This document shows, one piece after another, positions 46,622-54,058 of a stretch of 59,973 bases of DNA. The translations under genes were made by a program, and so were the position numbers. The DNA is from a virus (lineage: Duplodnaviria > Caudoviricetes): IMG/VR virus record IMGVR_UViG_3300017743_000009, positions 1-59,973 of that record; one strand, written 5' to 3'. Within the stretch, counting starts at the first letter, position 1. Each line of letters opens with the position of its first letter. A model generated the notes under the pieces. The model did not search any database. It had not been told where the DNA came from and saw only the letters and a program-made list of their open reading frames with translations.

Positions 46622-48100
46622 TTAAGTCCCGTCAGTTGGTGCTACAGTTTGTTTATTATCTGGTCCGTCTCCATCAGGAGCAGTACCACCTGTCTGTAAG
46701 TGAGTATGAGTATGTAATGTTACATTAGTATCAGTAATATTACCTGTTACTACATCAATAGAACCTGTATTATAGTCTAGTGTACCAGTCTCTGCATTAA
46801 TATCTTGTGTAGTAGACGTTAAAGTCTGAGTTGTTCCAGCATTCATAAGCTGAGTTGTTCCTGCTAATAGCTGTGTTGCTTCTACTGATTTAATATTTAA
46901 ATTTTTACCAGAACCCATATTTAAATTATTAGCATAACCATAATCACCTGTTTTTGCTCCAGCTGTAGCATCTGTGCCGCCTACTATAGTTTTTCTATCA
47001 GAAAGAATAGTTACGGATTGATTACCAACAATCTGCTCATCATGGGTGCCGCCAACTTGTAAAGATTCATTTTTTTCTATTGATCTTATATCATTACCTG
47101 TTACTCGCATAGCATTATTACCGTTTATTTGAGTTGATCTGTCTGTAAGTATTTCAGTAAGATGGTTACCACCAATTTTTTCTATCTTATCTTTACCTAT
47201 AGTTACAAAATGATTACCCTCGATCTCTTCATACTTATCACCTTTAACAGATAGTTTAACGTTACCTGTTACTGTTATATTAACATCTCCAGTCACCTGA
47301 ACATTTTTACCGTTTAAATATATCTCGTAGTCTTTCCCCTTTACTTTAGTAACTCTAGAGCCATCAGCTTGAATTTCTTGAAATGTACCAGACTTATGAT
47401 AACTATGTATTCGCTCATTGTCTAGAGAATCATCTAGCTCTAAAATACTACCCTTTTCAGATTCAAAAACATAATTAAATGGGTATTTTGATCCGTAATC
47501 TTTTTCCGGTGCTTTACCATCATACCCTCTTGGATGAGGTTCATCCCAGGTTTTATTTTCATAGTCAGCAGTAGGCTTGTCATCTTGTAGTTTTAAAGAA
47601 GGTGCCTTAGCAGTAGGTACCTTAGTTACTCTTGATGCTCTTTTCTTTTTAAGATTAACATGATCTTCAGCTTTTTTTCCACGAGATAAATAACTAGCGT
47701 CTGGTTCTCCTATTTCATGTAGCCCTTTTGTGTTTCTTGGATAGTTTAAATTAGGATCATTAAATGCAGTATTTTCTTGAGGTTCTTCTCCAGGTACACC
47801 TGGTACGGCTCCAAGTATCATAGGCTTTTGATAAAACCCTTCGTCAATAAAGAAACCAATAACCCAAGTGCCTTCTACTAAACCTATTAAAGGCCCACCT
47901 ACTCCTGAAGTACCAGGTGACATAGGTGATTGTATAACAGTAGCCCATGGTAAATCAGCTGTGCTTACGTTATCTAGTTTATCAGAATGAACTCCATAGA
48001 ATCTAACTTTTACTCTACCAATATTAAATGGGTCATTTCTATCTTCTACTACCCCAAAATGCCATTGAAACTTACTGTAATTTAAATCTTGTTTAGGCAT
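46622..48100 (-). CDS. gp5: Baseplate central spike, gp5-like (OB fold plus beta-helix; no lysozyme; HxH apex)
   Basis: GVVEDRNDP...GRVKVR..G.H, LPWA, GTWVIGFF.D; YPFN.V.ES..G...E.DD; 8-residue beta-helix repeats; C-terminal LHTHTH. Confidence 0.9.
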   Translation of the reverse strand: MPKQDLNYSKFQWHFGVVEDRNDPFNIGRVKVRFYGVHSDKLDNVSTADLPWATVIQSPMSPGTSGVGGPLIGLVEGTWVIGFFIDEGFYQKPMILGAVPGVPGEEPQENTAFNDPNLNYPRNTKGLHEIGEPDASYLSRGKKAEDHVNLKKKRASRVTKVPTAKAPSLKLQDDKPTADYENKTWDEPHPRGYDGKAPEKDYGSKYPFNYVFESEKGSILELDDSLDNERIHSYHKSGTFQEIQADGSRVTKVKGKDYEIYLNGKNVQVTGDVNITVTGNVKLSVKGDKYEEIEGNHFVTIGKDKIEKIGGNHLTEILTDRSTQINGNNAMRVTGNDIRSIEKNESLQVGGTHDEQIVGNQSVTILSDRKTIVGGTDATAGAKTGDYGYANNLNMGSGKNLNIKSVEATQLLAGTTQLMNAGTTQTLTSTTQDINAETGTLDYNTGSIDVVTGNITDTNVTLHTHTHLQTGGTAPDGDGPDNKQTVAPTDGT

Positions 48101-49392
48101 TAATAATCTCCAATTCTACATAAATTAATTATTTGATAATAAGTAGTAGCAGTAAAGGAATGTGTTAAATCTTTTATTAAAAACTTACCACTAAGCATAG
48201 AATCAGCTTCTTTTTTATTTGAAGCAGTATTCATTTCATTAATATTTAAATATACACCTTCACCAATATCTAAATCAGAATTGCCAGGTATTCTAATCTG
48301 AATTAAGTTATTAAAAAAGACATTACCATATATTTTTTTAGCGATATGTGAGTCACTAGTATCAATATAATTTGGCAAGCCCTTATTAATATGAAGCCAA
48401 TCTGTTGAATTTGATTCTTTACCAAACGTATCTAGGAAATCATCTGTTACTGGTAAAGTACTTAATAAAGGATCAACATCTTCTTGAACATACTTTAAGC
48501 TTTTACGCTCAACGCTTTTTGTAAAATAATCAACAGTAGCTATAGTATTATGTATAGCTCCAGATTCAGCAAAAGCAAATGAACTGCTTCTATTAATTTG
48601 ATTAAAACTTATTATCTGTTTACAGGCTATATCTGGTCTTGTAATCGTTGAGCGGGCATTATCTGCACCACTAAAATTAAAACTTCTTTCTTGTAAACTA
48701 ATATCATGCACATCATGAAAAAGATTATCTAATAATTTAAAATTATACCCCTCAAGATCTTGATAGAAGAAAAATAAATTAGAATAAGATGGAGAAGTTT
48801 TAGCCCAGCTTGCTAAGTAGTCCATAGTATCAAATGGAGTATCACTTGGAATTATAAAATCATTAGTGCCTTCTGTCTCATCAATAGTTAAATTATTCTT
48901 AGAATCAAAATAAAACTTTTTATCTAATTCTATAGCCTTTTCTTTTGCTTTATCGAATACTTTTTGAGCAGCAGTAGAAATATTATCTGAAAAATAATTA
49001 TCTACGGAAGTAAATGATTGCACGTAACCTAATTCAGATACTCCAGCTATAGCTAAAACACTTTCATCCGATGTTTCGTTATACCCTAGACCACCTATAT
49101 TAGTAATTCTAAAAGCTATTTCTCTTTGTTTAGTAGTAGATATATACTCAGGTGTTTTCCAGGTAGCTACTATTAGTTCATCTCCTTTTAAACCATACCT
49201 CTTAAATATTCCAGCTGAATCAAAGATAACCATACTAATTGTCATGGCTTTCTGATTAATAGAACTACTTATAGTTACATTACGTAAAAGAGGCATTAAA
49301 TCAAGATATAGCTCTTCACCACCGCTTATTGCACTTATAAACAATTCAGTAAAAGAATAAGCACCTGGTTGTACTGCTGGAATTTCACTCAT
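48100..49392 (-). CDS. Baseplate hub protein, gp27-like
   Basis: Between gp53 and gp5; FIIP...PF, FFFYQD..GYNF, I.IPGN..L..G and SGKFLI..L.H.F hub motifs. Confidence 0.7.
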   Translation of the reverse strand: MSEIPAVQPGAYSFTELFISAISGGEELYLDLMPLLRNVTISSSINQKAMTISMVIFDSAGIFKRYGLKGDELIVATWKTPEYISTTKQREIAFRITNIGGLGYNETSDESVLAIAGVSELGYVQSFTSVDNYFSDNISTAAQKVFDKAKEKAIELDKKFYFDSKNNLTIDETEGTNDFIIPSDTPFDTMDYLASWAKTSPSYSNLFFFYQDLEGYNFKLLDNLFHDVHDISLQERSFNFSGADNARSTITRPDIACKQIISFNQINRSSSFAFAESGAIHNTIATVDYFTKSVERKSLKYVQEDVDPLLSTLPVTDDFLDTFGKESNSTDWLHINKGLPNYIDTSDSHIAKKIYGNVFFNNLIQIRIPGNSDLDIGEGVYLNINEMNTASNKKEADSMLSGKFLIKDLTHSFTATTYYQIINLCRIGDY

Positions 49393-49902
49393 TTATTTCA
49401 AAAGCCTTTTTAAATTTTCTTCTGCAGCACCAGCTAAATCGTATCTTAAGAGTCTTATGACTCTTTTAGCTTCATTATCATCATCTTCTCTATTGTATGA
49501 GTATACTGGTGTAAGAGTATTCCTTACAGATACGTCAGCGTACGTATATGTGTCTTTAGAATATTTAATCCCATCTGTATTAGTATAATACTCAATATTT
49601 GTAGTTGCAGCTTCTAATGAACCGTATTTTTTTATTATATACTTTTCAAAATTAAATTGATCTAAATGCCATTCATAATATGGATCAACTATATTATTGC
49701 TTAAAAATACAAGCCATGTTCTATCAACATCTTCATAGTAATCATGAGCTATTGTCCATGGTTTATCATTAGGTGACATAGTATAATTAGCATATGAAAA
49801 AAGATCTTCTGATAGAATATCTGATAGCTTTACTTTAGATATAATATTTTTTGTTGTGTAATTATTATATACTACTTCTGGAAATGAATCAAAGTATTTC
49901 AT
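49393..49902 (-). CDS. gp53: Baseplate wedge protein (LysM-like)
   Basis: YF..FP...Y, KP..IA..YY.D...W.V...NNI.DP...W, YI..KYG, NE.KR.I.LL. Confidence 0.9.
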   Translation of the reverse strand: MKYFDSFPEVVYNNYTTKNIISKVKLSDILSEDLFSYANYTMSPNDKPWTIAHDYYEDVDRTWLVFLSNNIVDPYYEWHLDQFNFEKYIIKKYGSLEAATTNIEYYTNTDGIKYSKDTYTYADVSVRNTLTPVYSYNREDDDNEAKRVIRLLRYDLAGAAEENLKRLLK

Positions 49903-50882
49903 TAACTAAAACTCCTTCCACCCGCATAACCTCTATTCTTATTAGTGTTATCATTTGTTTCCTCAACATCTTCAAAGTCAGATCTAGTAATAAAGTCTAT
50001 TTCATTAATTTCTAAACTTAAAGTATACTCTACTGGACTACCAGTACCCTGGAAAAAGTTAAGACCACCTTGACCGGTATGGTCAACTCCAAAAGCAGAT
50101 ACTAAAGCTGGTTTATAAAAAATACTATTATTAATATCAGGTGTAATTAAAGCACATTGTATAATATCTGGATATCTTTGAAAGAAAGCTCCGCTAGTTG
50201 CAGAAGAACCATCTCCGAACCCATCGAGCTGTGAATGCATACTTCTTCTAATTAATTTAACTATATTACTTAAAGTTTCAGATTCAGATTTGCTCCTTGG
50301 TACTAATTTCCAATTTAATTTATGTTTTCTTATTGGTGTACCTTTAAATGCAGTAATATTAGCAGGGTTAAATATATTTCCTGCCCCCGCTTCAACAGCT
50401 GAAACTATAAAATCTGGAGATATACTTTTACCTGCTGCTTTTGCAGCTGCTTGAAGACCTCTTAAACCAGCAAAACCTTCTTGGGCTCCACCAGTTGACA
50501 TATCCCCTAGCATTTCTAGAGCACTTTTTTTAGAGTTGTTAATTGCCGCATCAATAGTACCTGTGAATCCTTCACCGGCACCTTCATTTACTTGTGCATT
50601 AGTGGCTAAAGAGATAGCTTGTCCTATTGGATTTAATTCTTCATCTTTTAAGGAAGCATTATATTCTTGACCTAATTTCTCAGGTAAAGGTAAAATGATA
50701 GAATTTTTAGTATCTATTTTTAGAGGATTATCTGTATTAACTCTATAAGTATACTCTTGAAAGTTCATTATAAACCCATATTGAGCTAAATCATCTGGGT
50801 ATGCGAGTTGACTCATACCGCCTAACCTATTTCCTTTCATTTTTACTTCTGGTGGTTTAATTAAACCGGCTCTTACTGACAT
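49902..50882 (-). CDS. gp48: Baseplate tail-tube cap
   Basis: L.YP.DL, I.LPLP, FNP....F.G...R.H...W.L.PRS..E, GSPVEY.L.L...EI..ITR.D. Confidence 0.85.
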   Translation of the reverse strand: MSVRAGLIKPPEVKMKGNRLGGMSQLAYPDDLAQYGFIMNFQEYTYRVNTDNPLKIDTKNSIILPLPEKLGQEYNASLKDEELNPIGQAISLATNAQVNEGAGEGFTGTIDAAINNSKKSALEMLGDMSTGGAQEGFAGLRGLQAAAKAAGKSISPDFIVSAVEAGAGNIFNPANITAFKGTPIRKHKLNWKLVPRSKSESETLSNIVKLIRRSMHSQLDGFGDGSSATSGAFFQRYPDIIQCALITPDINNSIFYKPALVSAFGVDHTGQGGLNFFQGTGSPVEYTLSLEINEIDFITRSDFEDVEETNDNTNKNRGYAGGRSFS

Positions 50883-50891
50883 GTTTAGTCC

Positions 50892-50899
50892 TATAAATA
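50892..50899 (+). promoter_or_regulatory. Consensus T4 late promoter TATAAATA, 5 nt upstream of the gp4 ATG
   Basis: Exact TATAAATA in the 22-bp divergent gap between gp48 and gp4. Confidence 0.8.
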
Positions 50900-50904
50900 T
50901 CTAA

Positions 50905-51345
50905 ATGGCGTATAAAGGTAAATTTAAACCTATTAACTATTACAAGTATTTAGGTAACCCTACAAATATTATTTATCGAAGTCTATGGGAATGTAAGCTA
51001 ATGTCCTATTTAGACAGGCATAATGATGTAATAGGATGGGCAAGTGAGGAGATAGCAATCCCATATCGTAGCCCTTTAGATGGAAGAAAGCATAGATACT
51101 TTCCTGATTTTTATGTAAAAAGAAAAATAGGGAGCAGTATTAAAGAATCTTTAATTGAAGTAAAACCATATAAACAGACAATGCCGCCTAAAATAACTAA
51201 AAGTAAATCCCCTACTAAAAAGTATTTAAATGAGGTTAGAGCTTGGGGTGTTAATGAGGCTAAATGGAACGCAGCTACTGAATATTGTAAAGATAGAGGC
51301 TGGGATTTTAAAATAATGACCGAGAATGAACTAGGGATCAAATAA
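50905..51345 (+). CDS. gp4: Head completion protein (TnsA-like nuclease fold)
   Basis: MAYKGKFKP.N..KY.GNP.NI.YRSLWE, W.SEE..IPY, HRYFPDF, IEVKP, N.AKW.AA. Confidence 0.95.
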   Translation: MAYKGKFKPINYYKYLGNPTNIIYRSLWECKLMSYLDRHNDVIGWASEEIAIPYRSPLDGRKHRYFPDFYVKRKIGSSIKESLIEVKPYKQTMPPKITKSKSPTKKYLNEVRAWGVNEAKWNAATEYCKDRGWDFKIMTENELGIK

Positions 51346-51995
51346 TGGCTTTACAATATCTTTTTCAAAAAATTATTAAAGATGCAGCTCTTTTAAATAT
51401 TTCAGCTGATATGAATAAGAGATCTAGGGAATACTTTAAACAAAAAGCTGGTGAATTACAAAATCAAAGACCGGCTAATATTCTTAAAAGAAAATCAGTT
51501 CAAGAAAATGCAACTGCTCAAATACCTTTTAAACCAGGTGATATATTTCTTTTTAATTATATGCCTAAAAATGCAAACAACGAGAGACTGTTACCATACT
51601 ATGATAGATACCCATTAATAGTACTAGTAGATGTAACACCTGAATATGTTTGTGGGTTAAACTTCCACTATTTACCATATGAAGAAAGAGCAGTTTTATT
51701 AACTCAACTATATAATTTTTTAGTAGAAGATACTAGTGGTACAGAAGGTCTAGATACTATGTTGGGAGATAAAGCATTCTTAGATGTTACATATGATAAG
51801 ATAAAGTTACTAGATGTTCCTAAGAGTTATTGGAAACCCTGTTTTAAAAAGTACCTAAATACTAATATAAGGGGCAAATTATTAAAGATACATCCACAAG
51901 AATGGGATATTATTTTACAGCTACCGCTAGAGAGATTTGTTAGAGCTAATAGACAAAGAGTATTTAATGATTCTCGTAATAAATGGAATAAGTAA
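51345..51995 (+). CDS. gp2: DNA end protector protein
   Basis: F.Y.PK....LPYYDRYPL, GLNFHYLP, PCFKKYL, W.....LP.E.F. Confidence 0.9.
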   Translation: MALQYLFQKIIKDAALLNISADMNKRSREYFKQKAGELQNQRPANILKRKSVQENATAQIPFKPGDIFLFNYMPKNANNERLLPYYDRYPLIVLVDVTPEYVCGLNFHYLPYEERAVLLTQLYNFLVEDTSGTEGLDTMLGDKAFLDVTYDKIKLLDVPKSYWKPCFKKYLNTNIRGKLLKIHPQEWDIILQLPLERFVRANRQRVFNDSRNKWNK

Positions 51996-52753
51996 TGACA
52001 TTTAATATAAATGACATAAAATCTAAGGTTAATGGAATGCAGGGATTACAAGTCCCTAACTTATGTCAAGTAAAATTTAACCCTAGAGGTAAGCAGCCAG
52101 GATGGGCTAAAAATAGAGAATCATTGAGCCTTCTAGGTTATGCCTTTGCCATACCAGCTTTAAATTTAGTTACTACTCAAGTAAGAAGACAAGGGTTTGG
52201 TGTTTCAGAGCAAAGAGCAGTAAATTATGCTCCTAGTACAATTAGTCTTGAATTCTTTTTAGATAACAATAACACAGTTTTAGATTTTTTTAACCAATGG
52301 GCCTTAAGACATGTTAATTATCAAGTAGGCTCTGAGAATTCTGTAACTGAAATCGACGGTCAAGAGGCTTTATTTGGCCAAGTTGGATACCAAGAAGACT
52401 ATGCCATGGATTTAGATATAGAAATATATTCACCTATGTCAGAATCAGAAACTATTACAACATATAAAATTAGAGATGCTGCAATAATTAACTTAGGCAA
52501 TATTGAGCTAGGTTGGCAGCAAAATAATGAGATTACAACTCTAACAGTACAGCTAAGTTACAGAAGTTTTATACCAGAATCTAACCCAGTACCTCAAGGA
52601 ACTGCGGGTGGTAAAGGATTAAATTTATTTCAATTTATAAGTAAAATGAAAGGTGCTGTAGAGGTAGTTAAAAGCTTTGAAAAACCATCGAATGTTCAAG
52701 ATGCTTTAAACTTAATTAATAATGCAAAAACCCTAGGATCGGGATTCGATTAA
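51995..52753 (+). CDS. gp54: Baseplate tail-tube initiator (gp19-fold), gp54-like
   Basis: Tube-like motifs (IP...L.T, FF..W, Y..DY..D..I, I.LGW......L.VQ..YR); synteny gp2-gp54-gp26. Confidence 0.7.
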   Translation: MTFNINDIKSKVNGMQGLQVPNLCQVKFNPRGKQPGWAKNRESLSLLGYAFAIPALNLVTTQVRRQGFGVSEQRAVNYAPSTISLEFFLDNNNTVLDFFNQWALRHVNYQVGSENSVTEIDGQEALFGQVGYQEDYAMDLDIEIYSPMSESETITTYKIRDAAIINLGNIELGWQQNNEITTLTVQLSYRSFIPESNPVPQGTAGGKGLNLFQFISKMKGAVEVVKSFEKPSNVQDALNLINNAKTLGSGFD

Positions 52754-52769
52754 ATAATGGAGAAAAATA

Positions 52770-53513
52770 ATGTTACCAAAAATTGATACACCAATTTTTG
52801 ATATTGAGCTACCAATATCTAAAAAAGTGATTAAAGTGAAACCTTTTACAGTAAAAGAAGAAAAATTACTTCTTTTTGCTCAACAATCAAACTCAGATAA
52901 GTCAATTATTGAATCAGTTATGCAGGTTTGTAATAACTGTTTAGTAGAAGATATTGATGTAAGAAAATTAGCTTCATTCGAATTAGAATATCTGTTTATT
53001 AAATTGAGAGCAGTCTCTATTAATAATATAATTAAATTAAATATTTTAGATGAAAAGAATTCAACTGAAGATACACCAGTTTATATTCAAACAGATTTAA
53101 ATTTAGATGACGCAGAAATAAAAGTAAACTCTGAAAAAGAAATAGCTGACAGAATAAAATTGGATGATACCTATTCTATTAAATTAAGATACCCAGCATA
53201 CTCTCAATTAGATGCTATAGATATGAAACCTAATGAAGATAAAGCAGCAGGAGATATTGCTGTATCATTAATATCAAGTGTAATCGAATCAGTTTACAAT
53301 CAAGATGGTAGTGAAGTTTATGTTTTAGATGACTATAACCAAGAAGAGAAAGATGAATTTCTTTCAAGTTTAACATCAAAGAACTTTGCACAAATACAAG
53401 AATTTTTATCATTAGCTCCAGTTTTATATTCAAAAATAAAATATGAAAATGAAGAAGGTGATAAATTTGAAAGGGAGTTGAGAGGGTTAGCTGATTTTTT
53501 TATGTTAGCCTAA
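52770..53513 (+). CDS. gp26: Baseplate hub assembly chaperone
   Basis: MLPKI..P...LP, PFTVKEEKLLL, F.LEY.F..LRA.S, LRYP; C-terminal GLADFF. Confidence 0.92.
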   Translation: MLPKIDTPIFDIELPISKKVIKVKPFTVKEEKLLLFAQQSNSDKSIIESVMQVCNNCLVEDIDVRKLASFELEYLFIKLRAVSINNIIKLNILDEKNSTEDTPVYIQTDLNLDDAEIKVNSEKEIADRIKLDDTYSIKLRYPAYSQLDAIDMKPNEDKAAGDIAVSLISSVIESVYNQDGSEVYVLDDYNQEEKDEFLSSLTSKNFAQIQEFLSLAPVLYSKIKYENEEGDKFERELRGLADFFMLA

Positions 53514-53529
53514 GCCATACGGACTTAGG
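53482..53529 (+). promoter_or_regulatory. Predicted -1 programmed ribosomal frameshift signal
   Basis: Internal SD GAGGG (53482-86); slippery T TTT TTT (53495-53501); 7-nt spacer; hairpin CCTAAGCC-ATAC-GG(A)CTTAGG (53509-53529). Confidence 0.75.
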
Positions 53530-53689
53530 AAATCATTATCAATTACAGTTTAACCTGGCTCAGCATCATAAATACTCGTTAACGGAGCTAGAAAATATGT
53601 ATCCGTTTGAGCGTGAGTTATATACTGAAATGTTAGTGGATTATTTAAAGGCTCAGGAAGAAGCTAGAAAGAGGAATAATAATGGCTAA
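53495..53689 (+). CDS. gp51: gp51-like hub assembly catalyst ORF with no own start; probable -1 frameshift extension of gp26
   Basis: Missed by the ORF track. The -1 frame reads FFYVSLSHTDLGNHYQLQFNLAQHHKYSLTELENMYPFERELYTEMLVDYLKAQEEARKRNNNG*; QHHKYSLTELENM.P.ERE.Y is the gp51 signature; an in-frame TGA lies just before it and there is no ATG/GTG/TTG before the conserved core. Confidence 0.85.
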   Translation, partial: FFYVSLSHTDLGNHYQLQFNLAQHHKYSLTELENMYPFERELYTEMLVDYLKAQEEARKRNNNG

Positions 53690-54050
53690 AGATAATGACA
53701 GGAATGAAGTAGAAATAGATCTGGATAAGTATATGGCTTTAATCGAAAAGATTGATGGTCAAGAAGATACTATAAAGGAATTAAAGGAAGAAGCAGAAGC
53801 AGCACGTAAGCAGCTAGCTCCTCCTAAAAGAAAATTTATGGACTTATTTCTGGATGATAATGACGTAAATGAAAAGGCAATAATTGGATTTATTTCATTT
53901 AGTTTAATGACTATATTTGGTGTTTGTGATCTAATCACTGCATTTATGGGTCAAGATCTAGTTATATCTGATACAATTTATACATCATTTGTTGTAGTAA
54001 CACTTGGTGCATTTGGTATTAGTGAAGCTGGAAAAGCGTTCGGTAAATAG
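53682..54050 (+). CDS. Coiled-coil plus two-transmembrane-helix protein (possible holin or ejection-associated protein)
   Basis: RBS GAGG; hydrophobic segments AIIGFISFSLMTIFGVCDLITAFM and TIYTSFVVVTLGAFGI. Confidence 0.65.
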   Translation: MAKDNDRNEVEIDLDKYMALIEKIDGQEDTIKELKEEAEAARKQLAPPKRKFMDLFLDDNDVNEKAIIGFISFSLMTIFGVCDLITAFMGQDLVISDTIYTSFVVVTLGAFGISEAGKAFGK

Positions 54051-54058
54051 GAAAATAA

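Noticed and set aside
7514-46728. Many plus-strand ORFs opposite the structural genes (7514, 16975, 28863, 30336, 41522, 46195 and others)
   Set aside because: Antisense open frames expected from the codon bias of G/S/T/A/V-rich genes; no motifs.
50905-51345. TnsA-like transposase or homing endonuclease
   Set aside because: Motifs and synteny identify it as the core head-completion protein gp4; no mobile-element ends.
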